From Hypanus sabinus (lineage: Eukaryota), in assembly GCF_030144855.1 (NCBI RefSeq), contig NC_082712.1:10292001-10356000 (forward strand): a stretch of DNA of 64,000 nucleotides. Direction: 5' to 3'. The notes under the pieces were generated by a model that saw only the letters and a program-made list of their open reading frames with translations, did not search any database and was not told the DNA's origin. Shown piece by piece: positions 11,801 through 24,839 of the stretch. The position numbers and the translations under genes were made by a program. Position 1 is the first letter of the stretch. Each line of letters begins with the position of its first letter.

Positions 11801-12960
11801 GATTGATGGATTAAGTCGGGTTCAGACAGGATTTTGAGGTGATTGATGGATTAAATAGGGTTCAGACAGGAGTCTGAGCTGATTGATGGATTAAGTAGGG
11901 TTCAGACAGGATTTTGAGGTGATTGATGGATTAAGTAGGGTTCAGACAGGAGTCTGAGCTGATTGATGGATTAAGTAGGGTTCAGACAGGATTTTGAGGT
12001 GATTGATGGATTAAGTAGGGTTCAGACAGGAGTCTGAGCAGATTGATGGATTAAGTAGGGTTCAGACAGGATTTTGAGGTGATTGATGGATTAAGTAGGG
12101 TTCAGACAGGAGTCTGAGGTGATTGATGGATTAAGTAGGGTTCAGACAGGAGTCTGAGCTGATTTATGGATTAAGTAGGGTTCAGACAGGATTTTGAGCT
12201 GATTGATGGATTAAGTAGGGTTCAGGCAGGATTTTGAGGTGAATGATGGATTAAGTAGGGTTCAGACAGGATTTTGAGGTGATTGATGGATTAAGTAGAG
12301 TTCAGACAGGAGTCTGAGGTGATTGATGGATTAAGTAGGGTTCAGACAGGATTTTGAGGTGATTGATGGATTAAGTCGGGTTCAGACAGGATTTTGAGCT
12401 GATTGATGGATTAAGTAGGGTTCAGACAGGATTTTGAGGTGATTGATGGATTAAGTAGGGTTCAGTCAGGATTTTGAGGTGATTGATGGATTAAGTAGGG
12501 TTCAGACAGGATTTTGAGCTGATTGATGGATTAAGTAGGGTTCAGACAGGATTTTGAGCTGATTGATGGATTGCCGATCTGGGAGGCAGGAGTCTGAAGC
12601 TATTGATGGATCGAGGATGGATGAGACATGGGTCTGAGGTGGTTGATCGATTGAGGAAGGGTGAGACAGAAGTATGAGGTGATGGATGGATTGTGGAGTG
12701 ATGGGACATGGGGTCTGAGGTGACTGATGGTTTGAGGGGGCATTGGACAGGAGTCTGAGGGAATTGATGGACTGAGGGGGGTCAGAGACGAGTGTGTGAT
12801 GATAGAGGAGGGGAGGGACTGGATTCTGAGGTGACTGATTGATTGAGGAAGTATGAGACAGAAGTCTAAGGTGATAGATGGATTGAGCAGGTGCAAGGAT
12901 GGAGTCCGTGATTGATGTATTAAAGAAGGGTGAGTCAGGAGTCTGAAGTGAGTTTTGAGA
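8865..12960. repeat. About 4.1 kb minisatellite with a 40-bp unit (gattgatggattaagtagggttcagacaggattttgaggt), in intron 1 of gene A
   Basis: 24 near-perfect units at 11601-12560, with degenerate units on both sides; strongly G/A-rich plus strand. Confidence 0.95.
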
Positions 12961-12969
12961 TTAGTCTGA

Positions 12970-13430
12970 GGTCACCGGCATCTGTCGTGAAATTTGTTTT
13001 TGTCACTGCTGTACAGTGCAAAGCATAAAATAAAAACTATTATTTACAATAAATATATACAAAAATTCAATTCGATAAGCAGTGCAAAGGTTTTGCTGTT
13101 GTCCGGGTGAGCCAAGGCCACGTGAAAAGCCAGTGAGATTGCATCCACTGTAGACCTGTTGTGGTGACGGGCAAATTGCCATGGGCCCAGGCTCTTCCTC
13201 AGGCAGGAGTGGATTCCAGCCAAGACCAACCTCTCGAGGCATTTCATGGCAGTAGATGTGAGTGCCACTGGGTGATGGTCGTTAAGGCAGCTCACCCTGC
13301 TCTGCCTGGGCACCGACCGGTCTGATGTTACCCTTTTGAAGCAGGTGGGGCCTCTGACTGCAGCAGTGAGGGATTGAAGATATCCTTCATCTTTCCCAAC
13401 AGTTGATCGACACTGGCTTTCAGCGATCTT
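12970..13430 (-). mobile_element. Rex1/Babar-like LINE fragment
   Basis: HPVALTSTAMKCLERLV...QFA...NRSTVDAI followed by a LINE-type 3' tail. Confidence 0.7.
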
Positions 13431-13799
13431 CCAGATACACCAGCAGGGCCTGACAACTACATGATCAGTAATGGATAGTCAGGACTGGGAACAGGCTGTG
13501 ATCCATAGGAGGGTCCAGGCTGGGGGGTTTATATGTGCAATAATGGATACTCAGGAGCGGGCGGTGTGATGCTGCAGAGTCCCGAGTGGGATTACGTCAG
13601 AATCAGAATCAGAATCAAAATCAAAATCAGATTTAATATAGAATAGAATAGACAACGAGATTGCATCACTGACATTTGTCATGAAATTTGTTGTTTTGCG
13701 GAGCAGTTCAAGGCAATGTATAATAATAAAATCTATAAATTACAGTAAGTACGTAAAAAATAAGAAAAGGAAAATAAATAATTAAGAAGCAGGACCACA

Positions 13800-14700
13800 A
13801 AGGGAGTAATCTCGGGTTTACTGCCTGTGCCACCGGACAGTGAATATAGGATAGAGTGAAGCGGAGGATAAATGCGTGGCTGAGTGTGTGGGCAGGGGGC
13901 AGAATTCAGATTTCTGGATCATTGCGACCTCTTTTGGGGCAGATGGTACCTGTAGAAAAAGGACACCAATATCTTTGCAAAGACTGTTGGGGAGAGTTTA
14001 AACTAGAATTACTGTGTGTTAGGAACCGAAATGAAGATACGGTGGAAGAGGTGGTTGGTTCACAAATAGAAAAACTTGGACAGTCTGAGAGGGAGGATAG
14101 GCAGGTGATAGTGAAACAACTCGCACAGACCAATGATTTGAAATGTGTCTATTTTAATACAAGTATTATGAACAAAGCGGATGAGTTTAGAGCGTGGATC
14201 AATATTTGGAGTTATGACGTAGTGGCCATTCCGGAGAAATGGATGGCTCAGGGACAGGAATGTTTAATTAGATTGCCAGGCTTCAGAGGCTTCAGGAAGG
14301 ACAGGGAGGGAGAGAAAAGAGGTGGGGACGTGGCACTGTTGATCAGAGATAGTATCACGGCTACAGAAAAGGAGGAAGTCATGAAAGGAATCTCTACGGA
14401 GTCTCTCTGGGTGGAAGTTAAGAACAGGAAGGGGATAATAACTCTACTGGGTGTTTTTATAGACCGCCCAATATTAACACGGATATAGAGGAGCAGATAG
14501 GGAGACAAATTCTGGAAAGGTGTAATAATAACAGTGTTGTCATGGTGGCAGATTTTAATTTCCCAAATATCGATTGGATCCACCTAGAGCGATGGGTTTA
14601 GAAGGGGTGGAGTTTATTAGGTGTTTTCAGGAAGGTTTCATGACACAAGCCTACAACAGGAGAGGCAGTATTTGATTTGGTATTAGGAAGTGAACCTGGT
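13800..14700 (+). mobile_element. CR1 fragment spanning the ORF1 end and the ORF2 APE endonuclease
   Basis: RRINAWL (ORF1 C-terminus), then LKCVYFN..SIMNKADE...YDVVAI...GGDVALLI...ESLWVEV. Confidence 0.85.
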
Positions 14701-15590
14701 CCAGTGTCAGTTCTCTCAGGTCTCTCTGCTTCTCGGATCTGTAGGCTTTTACAATCTTGCCTCTTCAGAGAGGAAGTGGTTTAAGATTCTGGAGCATCGG
14801 TTACAGAAAGGGCAGTTCTTTAAATTCCCTCAGAGTGACGGAAAGATTACAGTAGGGTACGAGGACCTTCAGCCCAGTTTTTACACTGGTCCTATGTAAG
14901 AAAAACATACGCAGTCGCATTCCCCCATCCTGTCCCCACGGCCCCGTGAATTCCGTTTCAGACACTTGTCATGCTCCTCTTTTAAACGCCCTCTTCCTAC
15001 CCCGGCCCAGCTTTATCTCTGAATACGAGGACTAATGTGCCCAGGCAACTTTATAGTTCTATGACGAATCACTTTCATTCTATAACACCACTTCTTTCCC
15101 CAACCACTAATGGGACAGCCTCCCTCAGATCACACTCTCCATAATTTTCATACTCACTCTGAACCAGGTCTCCATCCAACCTCCGCTGCTGTAAGGAGAT
15201 CATCCGGAATATGGGTTAGAAGCACGAGGTCGCTCACACCCCTAAATCTCACCGCCATTGTATAAGTTGATGGCTGATCTGTTTAAACTCAACGCCCTAA
15301 CCTCCTGCACAGACGATAGCCGCACTCCTCCTTCCCCCCCACCCCGCCTCACCCCGCACGTTTATCGAGGGTTCCACTCTGGGATGCATGTGTATGTATC
15401 ACCAACTGCCCGACCACCAGATCACTTCCACTAGAGGGAATGTAGTGTGCTAATAAGCCGGACCAGTCTCCCAACATTCCCTCACTCTCTCTGTTTAACC
15501 GAACGCTCAAACAGATGGAGAGCTGCCACAGTAGACATAAAAGCAATCAGATGAGGTAAAGAGATGATCAGGACAATAAAAAATACTTAC

Positions 15591-15651
15591 TGTATCCCTG
15601 CACTGAGACGGATAACAGAACCATGCAGAGACAAACCCGGAGAGAGACCAT
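15591..15651 (-). CDS. Gene A exon 1: signal peptide MVSLRVCLCMVLLSVSVQGY
   Basis: ATG at 15651; 61 nt ending in A|gtaagt (phase 1). Joins V1 to give ...QGY-N-YSTHGWSM. Homologous to the gene B leader. Confidence 0.88.
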
Positions 15652-15719
15652 CGCTAACCCTGCAGTCTGGTGTCCTTTTTGGTTTCCCAAAACTGAAATG
15701 CAGAAGTTGCATGAAGTTT

Positions 15720-15775
15720 CCGTCATTTCCTCACAGATCGTCCCACCCTTATAAACTGGCTATAATTAGATAAAT
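15720..15775 (-). promoter_or_regulatory. Putative proximal promoter of gene A (TATA-like tttataag, WGATAR, GGAAATGACG)
   Basis: About 70-120 bp upstream of the ATG; the same motifs occur at 53900-53952 upstream of gene B. Confidence 0.45.
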
Positions 15776-17359
15776 TATTCGTTTCTAACTAAACAGGGTT
15801 GGTAGTCAAATCACCAACAACAGAAAATATACAGATGCTGGAAATCCGAACAACAGACGCAAAATGCTGGAAAAACTCAGCAGTCCAGGCAGCTTCTATG
15901 GAAAAAAACATACAGTTGATGTTTGATATGTTGCAGGAACTGACCCTTGTGTCTTCAACCTTGACCATCTGAGAACCGAGGAGGTCCCTGGGGCGTGCGC
16001 AGAGTTCAGACGTGTTTATAAATCAGAACCAGAGAGGGCAAAGAGTACCAAGAAAGTTGCAGTGGCGCAGATGAATAAGAAGGATCCCATCTCTCGCCGT
16101 GATCTTAAACGATGCACTTTGATGCCTTAGTAGAGGGCAGTGCCACCTAGATCCAGACCAACCAGGACAGGTCCTCCTTGCTGCGCAGAACCAACTCGAG
16201 ACCGTTAGTATACTGAAGCACAGAGAACCAAGACAAACCCCATTTTGTGAACATTGTTTGGTCATGTCCAACATCATCCCACAGATAGAATCAAAGTCAA
16301 ACTCAAGTCTATTGTCTTATGCACAAGAGCACCTCATTAGGGTTCCTTTAGCTTAAGCTCCCTACTCTAATCTTGTTTACCACACAACACACAATCCCGA
16401 ATTGCCTTTTTCATTGTGGACTCTTGCAAAAGTTACTTCAAAACAAATTCGTAGGCATTCTACAAATTCCTTCTTTTGGGATCCAATTCCCAGATTTTCT
16501 CAATCTACCTGTATACTAAAGTTCCTCAAAATTGCTTGCAGAACCATCTCAGGTGCATAGCATCAGATACATCCCATTCACGAGAAAAAAAATGCAATTC
16601 AATCATTAAAATATTTTTAAAAAGCAAGAAAGAATGAATTTAGGGCAATTAAACCAAAATCCATTGTCGTGTTAATTTGTAAAAAATAGCCAAAGCGCTG
16701 CTAAACTGTAGTGTTTAGAGTTGTGCCGGTTGGTACAAGGACCGAATGTTTGATGAGAGTAGCTGTTCCTGAACCTGGTGGTTTGGGACTTCAGGCCTCT
16801 GCACTTCCTGCCCGATAAGAGCTACAAGAAGATGGCATGGCCGGATGGTCGGAATATTTGATGATAGATGTTGACTTCGTGTGGCGAAGACACTACTGAC
16901 CGTGGGTTGGAAGGTGACTGTGACGTATTGGATTAAGTCAGCTACCCTCTGGCAACTTCTTACATTGCTATGCATTTGAATTGCAGGGCCAAACATGTCA
17001 GGTACTTTTTACAGCAAATCTAGATAATATTTTCGAGTGTTTGCCAACTAGCCAAACCCCCTTAAACTCCTGTAAAGCGAAAAACTTCTATAAACGTGCA
17101 GCGTGAGCAAAACCACCTTAAGCTCCCGTAAAACTAAAAACGCCGATGTGCCTCCCTTTGATTAAAGACCCAGGAAAGGTCATTCAATGCGTTATCTAAA
17201 ACTTTACATGACATCTAAACTTCGGCAAACTTCTATAGCTGTGCAGTGGAAGGTGTATTGACTGGTTGTATCACAGCCTGCTATAGAAACACCAAGCCCT
17301 TGAACAGGAAAGGCCATATAACGTAGTGGTTACAGCCCAATCCATAACGGTTAAAACCC

Positions 17360-18820
17360 TTCCTACTATTAAGCAGATCTACACAGCATGCTGTCACAGA
17401 ACAGGCAGGTGTGTTCATTGACATTTTTAATCTCACCCTCTCCCAGTATAGAGTGCCCTCCTGCTTCAAATTATCCACCATTGCCCCTGTGCCAAAAAGG
17501 ACCAAGGTAACATGATTGAACGACTGGCGTACTGTCACCCTCACCTCAATAATAAGCAAATGCTTTGAGATGCTGCTCAAGGGTTACATCTGCAACATGC
17601 TACCGCCCAAACTGGATCCCCTACAATTGGCTTACCGACACAACTGATCGACAGATGTCGCAATAGCCACTACTCTACATATGGTCCTTACAAATCTGGA
17701 GAAGGATATTTACGTGAGAATGCTGTTCTTGGATTACAGTTCAGCATTCAACACCATAATCCCGCCCACCCCCACCAGGCTCGATAATAAACCTGGAGAC
17801 CTCGGCCTTGACCCTGCCTTGTGCAGTTGGATCCTGGACTTCCTGTCAGATCACCGGCAGGTGGTAAGAGTGGGTTCCCTCACCTCTGTCCCTCTGACCC
17901 TCAACACAAGTGCCCCTCAGGGCTGTGTAGTAAGTCCCCTCCTTTACTCCCTGTATACCCATGACTGTGTCGCCACCCACAGTTCGAATCTGCTAATTAA
18001 ATTTGCCAACGACACTACATTGACTGGCCTTATCTCAAACAGTAACGAGGTAGCTTACACGGAAGAAGTCATCACCGTGACACAGCGTTGTCAAGAAAAC
18101 AACCTGTCCCTCAAAGTCACAAAAACAAAGGAGCTGGATGTGGATTACAGGAGGAATGAAGACGGGCTAACCGCTATTGACGTCATTGGATCTGGGGTTG
18201 AGAGGTTAAACAGCTTTAAGTTCCTCAACATCCACATCATCGAGGTCCTCACAGTCTGTACATACTGGCTGTGTGGTGGAAAAGGCACAACAGCGCCTCC
18301 TTCACCTCAGACGATTGAAGAAGTTTGGTATGGGCCCCCAGATCCTAAGAGCTTTCTACAGGAGCACAATTGTGAGCATCCTGACTGGCTACATCACCGC
18401 CTAGTATGGGAACTGCACCTCCCTTAATCGCAGGACTCTGCAGAGAGTGGTGCGGACAGCCCAGCGCATCTGTAGTTGTGAACTTCCCATGATTCAGGAC
18501 ATTTTCAAGGACAGGTGTGTAAAAATGGCCCGTAGGATGATTGGGCACCCGAGTCACCCTAACCCCAATCTACTCCCGCTGCTACTATCCAGGAAATGGT
18601 ACCGCAGCATGAAAGCCAGGACCAACGGGCACCGGGACAGCTTCTTCCACCAGGCCATCACGCTGATTTGAGTGTACTTTATATTACATTGACTGTTCTA
18701 TGAATTATGAGTTCTATTGTTATAAATTACTATGATTACACATTGCACATTTAGATTGGGACGTAAAGATTGTTACTCCTCCTGTATGTGAAGGATGTAA
18801 GAAGAAAAAGTCAATTCAAT
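17360..18820 (+). mobile_element. 5'-truncated Rex1/Babar-like LINE (RT plus 3' end)
   Basis: [43 protein letters not shown]; 3' UTR-like tail. Confidence 0.88.
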
Positions 18821-19109
18821 CCGATATCTACCGACCAGTGAAACGCGAAATACTGGAAAGCATTTTACAGGGCAGCATTTAACTTACAAAAATGAAGCAA
18901 CAGCCCTTGACCCAAATTTATGCCCCTGAGGAACAATCCCAATGAAACCACAAGAACAAATCCCAGCGTAAAGGAGGACGACTGGTATTGTAGAATACTT
19001 TGTGCACAATGCGAGTAAATTTGAACACGTTGATAAACAAGTTGGTAATTTGGTTTATTTTTGAAGATGTGGTAGCAAATTATTTCAATAGAGCAGTGTA
19101 TTGAGGTAG

Positions 19110-19690
19110 TACAAGGAGCTGGACTTGGAGCGGATCGTGCTGCAGCCTGCGTCAGAGAAGCGTCGGAGGAGTCGGTGCAAAAGGCGGTGTGCAGTCTCTA
19201 TTCTTGTGAGCGCAAGTCCCCGTTGGACGTTGTTAATCTGGAATGCTGCAGGTATGATGCACCGATTTATTGACGGACGGTGGGGAAGCTGCGTGACGTT
19301 GGTCGTTGTGAGGACTAGGCGTCAAGCCGCGGTGTCGCCTGTTTACAGCCGCCCGGCAGAGAGATGTCGGATCCGATGCATTTCCCCGGAGACATGCGGA
19401 ACAAAGTCCAACCTGGAGTCCGCGCTGCCCCCCAGTGTTCACTCGGCAGAAGACAGGCCGTACTGTGTTCGGTTGGACATTGCTACATTCATGGACTCAC
19501 AGTCCTGGACGACATTTTTGAGCGACTGTATTTTACTGATATCTTATTTTAGATTTCTATGTTGTATGTGGTATATGTGCCTTCTGTTGTGTACGACTAT
19601 TGGTACTGTGTTTTGTACCTTGATCCTGGAATAATGCTGTTTCTTTTGGCTGCATTCATGTGTGGTTGAATGACAATTAAACCTGAACTT
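19110..19690 (+). mobile_element. GC-rich non-coding repeat with a LINE-type 3' tail (probable non-autonomous element)
   Basis: Ends in a tail (...gaatgacaattaaacctgaacttg) similar to those at about 5750-5860 and 7080-7185; no convincing ORF. Confidence 0.45.
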
Positions 19691-20289
19691 GGAAAAAATA
19701 CATGTCATAATATATGTGAGTGATAATCAACCTGATTGTGATATGGGTCTCTATTGTGGATTGAGAGTGGAAAGGGGGCAGGGAAGGGGAATCACGATTG
19801 GGAAAAGGTGATAGGAGTGGGGAGGCAGCGGGAAGAACCAGAGGAAGATTCTGTAATGAACAATAAACCTTCTTTGGAATCAAATGCCTTTGCCTGGTGC
19901 CTCAGGGTTGGATGTTTTTGCACCCATGCCATGCCCTCCCCGTCCCCCCACGTCCATCGCATTCCTTCTCCCTAGTCCCTTTGTACCTTGGATTGTTGTA
20001 TTTTCTCCGTTTAGAAAACAGACTCCACCTTTATTCATTCTGCTAATGTACATGACCATACACCTCCCTACACTATATTGCACAAAGTACACTGCAGATG
20101 CTGTGGTCAAATCAACACGTACAAACAAGCTGGATGAACTCAGCAGGTCGGGCAGCATCCATGGAAACGAACAGTCAACGTTTCGGGCATTCCATCTGTC
20201 ACTTCTTTGCCCAATTTGTCTAAATCCTTCAGCAGACTCACAGCTTCCTCCACTATCTCTATTTGTGGACGTTATATGAGATAGAACAG

Positions 20290-22720
20290 ACGAAAGGCAC
20301 CAGGAATTCAGCAACTAATACACACAAGAGATCCTGCAAACGCTGTCCTGAGCAACACACTGTGTAAGATCTACCCTGGCTAGTCCAGCAGAGTGCAACA
20401 CCTCGCATTTGTCTGCTTTATATTCCATCTGCCATTTTCTGCGCATTTTCCCAGCTACTTCTGATACCGCTACAAGCCATGATAGTCTTCCTTGCTGTCC
20501 ACTATACCCTCAGCCTTGTCATCCCGTTAACCACGTTATCATCCAGATCGTTAATAGAGACGGCAAACAACAATGGACCCTGAACCTATTCCTGCAGCAC
20601 TCCAATAGTCACAAGCCTAAACAGCAGAACAGCATTGGCTATCATCCAGTCCTCCGACGCCTCACCTGTCTCTAAGAATGCTTTAACTATCTCTGCTAGG
20701 GCCCCGGCAATTTCTGCACTTGCCTGCTGCGGGGTCCAGAGAAAACCTTGTGTCAAGACAGCAAACACCCTCTTCTCTATAATATGTAGAGACCATGAAG
20801 TTCATGCCGTTTTGCCTCAATTTCATAGAATCAGTAAATCTCTTAGGATTCTTCTTCACCTTGCCAGCTAAGGCAATATCATGTCTTCTTTTAGTCCTCC
20901 TGATTTCTTAATTAAGCATTCGCTTGCATTTCCCATACGCTAGAAGCACATCATTTATACTTACCAGCCTATACCTGCTATGCACCTCCTTACTATTCTT
21001 AAGCAGCATCTCAATATCTCTTCAAAACCGAGGTTCCCTACATCTGTTTTCTTTACCCTTTATTCCAACAGGCGCATGCAAGCTTTGTACTCTTAAAATT
21101 TCACTTTTGAAGGACTCCGACTCATGAAGTACAGCTTTGTCAGTAAAAAGCCTGTCCCGATGCACACTTGCCAGATCCTTTCACGGATCGTCAGAATTGG
21201 CCTTTCCCCAATTTAGAGTCTCATTCCTTGGACCAGACCTATATTTTTGCGATTTACTTAGAAACGAATGCGATCTCTACAATTTAGTTCCTCCAAATCG
21301 TACGGACTGTTGGGTTGTCTGTAATATAGCCCCAGTAACGTGGTCGCACAATTTTTGTTACTCAATTCCACCCATAACACCTCACTTCAAAAGGTCTCCA
21401 GTCTGTCCTGACTGAACACTGCCATGATGTTTTCCTTGACTAGTAACGCCACCCCTTCTCCTTTAATCGCTCCCGCTCTGTCACCATAAAACCACATAAC
21501 CGTATAACAATTACAGAACGAAAACAAGCCATCTCGACCCTTCTAGTCAGTGCCGAACGCTTACTCTCACCTAGTCCTACTGACCTGCACTCAGCCCATA
21601 ATAACCTTCTATTCCTTTCCTGTCCATATGCCTATCCAATTTTACTTTAAATGACAATACCGAACCTGCCTCTACCACTTCTACTGGAAGCTCATTTCAC
21701 ACAGCTACCACTCTCTGAGTAAAGAAATTCCCCCTCATTTTACCCTTAAACTTTTGCCCCCTAAGTCTCAACTCATGTCCTCTTGTTTGAATCTCCCCTA
21801 CTCTCAACGAAAAAAGCCTATCCACGTCAACTCTAACTATCCCCTCATAATTTTAAATACCTCTATCAAGTACCCCCTCAACCTTCTATGCTCCAAAGAA
21901 TAAAGACCTAACTTGTCCAATCTTACCCTGTAACTTAGGTGCTGAAACGCAGGTAACATTCGAGTAAATCTTCTCTGTACTCTCTCTATTTTGTTGACAT
22001 CTTTCCTATAATTCGGTGACCAGAACTGTACACAATACTCCAAATTCGGCCTTACCAATGCCTTGTACAATTTTAACATGACATCCTAACTCCTATACTC
22101 AATCCTCTGTTTTATAAAGGCCAACATACCAAATGCTTTCTTCACCACCCTATCCACATGAGATTCCACCTTCAGGGAACTATGCATCATTATTCCTAGA
22201 TCACTCTGTTCACTGCATTTTTCAATGCCCTACCATTTACCATGTATGTCCTATTTGGATTATTCCTACCAAAATGTAGCACCTCAAACTGATCAGCATT
22301 AAACTCCATCTGCCATCGTTCAGCCCACTCTTCTAACTGGCCTAAATCTCTCTGCAAACTTTGAAAACCTACTTCATTATCCACAACGCCACCTACATTA
22401 GTATCATCTGCATACTTACTAATCCAATTTACCACCCAGTTTATCACGTCTGATATTGAGCTGCTAATCCTGTCCCTCCTGCAACCAAGGTTCACTAATG
22501 GTTACAACATCATAACTCCAGTTGCTGGTCCATGCCCTGAGCCCATCTGCCTTTCCTATGACACTTCTTGCACTGAAGTATACACAGCTAAGGACATTAG
22601 TCGCACCGTGTTCAACCTTTTGATTCCTGAATTTGTCTGAGGCCCTAAGCAATATCTGTCTCCACAACCTTCTCACAAACTTCCAATCTATTTCCCATAC
22701 CCCTGCAAATCTAGTTTAAA
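20290..22720 (-). mobile_element. Cluster of CR1 fragments (RT, 3' end, endonuclease)
   Basis: LKLYKALVRPNLEYCVQFWSP, ISKYADDT, WSYDVVTISEPWL, EASEDWMIANAVLLF. Confidence 0.85.
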
Positions 22721-24839
22721 CCCGTACCTGCACCCCACCCCCCACAACCCCATACGGCACTATTGTCCATTTCTAGGTCAGGTGCAGACTGTCTCTTCTT
22801 TTTTTGCAGTTTGTCTTCTTTTACACGTTGCCTACTTCTCAGTCTTTGCATGCAGTTTTTCAATGAATCCGTTGTATTTCTTTGTTCTACATGAATGCCT
22901 GCATGAGAATGAATCTCGGGGCAGTAGATGGTGACATCGCCCCACTTTGATGATAAAATTACTTTCAATTTTGAAGGAATCTGGAAGCACATTCACAAGT
23001 CATCCACAATCTCACTAAATCACTAATTTATGTATTTGTTTCATGTGAAATGAACCATTTGCATTAACAACCAGCATTTAAGAATATTCTGGGGGCAATC
23101 CAGAAGGGTCGCTGGAATTGGTTTGGATCTTTCCCGTGAGCTACGCCTGAAACTTTACTCTATTCCACAACCTCCTCCACCCTACATGCCTTCAACTCCA
23201 CCTCCCCGATTCCCTCTCAGGGTCAGACCCTCCTCTTCCACCCACCCAACTACCATCCTGAGCCCAGTTAACGGATGTAGGCATTTCGGTCATCCGGCCT
23301 TTCTCCACCCGTCAAAATGATTATGGCTGACCATCCACTTCAGGATGCTTATACCTCAGTCACTTTGTATTAAGATATTACGGAGCAACTCAACTGATCA
23401 GACAGGAATAAACAGTCAATGTTTTGGGCCGAGCCCCTTCATCATTACTGCAATGTTTATTCTTTTCCAAAGAATCTGCCTGACCTCCAGCATTTTGTGT
23501 GTGTTACGTTGGATTTCCAACATCTGCAGGATCTCTTGTGTTATTGATTTGGCATTAGGAAATTGTCTTATCAACTTAGACTCTTTTGCATTCTTGAATG
23601 GAGACAACTGTGCACTCAGAGATCGGGAAATTTCTGCTCATCTCCGTCTGAAACCCTATGTCCCAAGGCTGTGGCAACAGGTTCTAGACTTTACAGTCAG
23701 TGTGAGGAAATTCGTGTGAAGAATGAATCAGCAATAGTCACCTCGCCCTGAGATTGACACCAGAACCCTGCAAGAGCTTGTCACCCACACCTTAAATGCT
23801 GACCTTTTTCATTTGCTGTAGAGGGTCGAGGAATGATTAAACCACAAGATTGACATTTATGACTCAAAGGAATCAGGACGGAGAGTAAAATTATTCTTTG
23901 AACTTAAAGGAGCAATGGCAACGTGTGTCTCAATGCATTCACCACGTTCTGTGCAAATCAAACTTAGCCCGATCTATTAAACTGCACCCTTGCCCACTCC
24001 ACATGACACCCCTCCCCTCCCCCTTCAACCCACCCAACCCAACACCACCTCTCCCCCTCCCCCCCCCCCCCCCCACACACACATCAACCTTAAAATTATG
24101 TTTTTTAAGGTTGGAGCAATTTGTAATCTGCTCTCGTTTGCAGCAATGGAGCATTGTGAGCCATTTTTGGGTCCTTTTTCTAAGATCATATGTACTGGTA
24201 TTGAACAGGATCCAGAAAAGTTTCAATAAAATGATTCTGGGATTGATTGGATTAACATATGAGGAGCATTTAATTGTTCTGGGACAATAGTCGCTAAAGT
24301 TTAGAGGAATGGTGGGGGTGATCCCATTAAATTCTGACGAATATTAATAGGTAGAGCAGTTGCTGGGACTAGAGGCGACAGCCTCAGATGACAGGAACGT
24401 CGAACTAGAACAGAGATGAGGAGGAATTTCGCTGGCCAGAAGGTAGTGAATCTGTGGAATTCATTGCAGCAAATGGCTGTGGAGGCAATGTCATTGTGCA
24501 TATTTTAAGTAGAGCTTGATAGGTTATTAACTAATCAGGGTGTCAAATGTTATGGGTTGAAAGCAGAAGAATAAGATTGAGGAGGATAACAAATTAATCA
24601 TGATGGAATGGTGGAGCAGACTGGATGGGCCAAACGGCCTAATTCTGCTCTTATATCCTATGGCCTTAATTGTGACTGGCTTTATAAACAGACTGAGAAC
24701 GAAGTAATACAGCCCACAGTCAACAATGTAAAAATACTCTCTCGGCTTTGTCCCATTGGGCCGGATCTCCTCCTTTTGAATAATATGTAACACTGCTTGA
24801 ATTCATATAACATCTATACATACAGCTAAATAATTCACT

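Larger units (their letters stand above)
3169..15651 (-). other. Gene A span: Siglec-15-like tandem-V Ig gene with broken TM exon (soluble form or pseudogene)
   Basis: Leader, V1 and V2 exons are open and joined by canonical phase-1 GT-AG sites; the TM exon is only a 3' remnant. Confidence 0.8.

Noticed and set aside
8865-12960. Minisatellite as a mucin-like stalk exon, or the S/H/L-rich ORFs listed there as genes
   Set aside because: The 40-bp unit is not a multiple of 3, frames shift and stop, and the array lies between leader and V1 rather than next to the TM.
15349-15546. ORF MLLCLLWQLSICLS... as the signal-peptide exon of gene A
   Set aside because: It lies inside intron 1, has no matching donor, and is not conserved in gene B; the 15591-15651 exon is conserved and in phase.
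19125-20314. Several 130-170 aa ORFs in GC-rich sequence
   Set aside because: No recognisable domain; they overlap on both strands and lie within repeat-like sequence ending in LINE-type tails.
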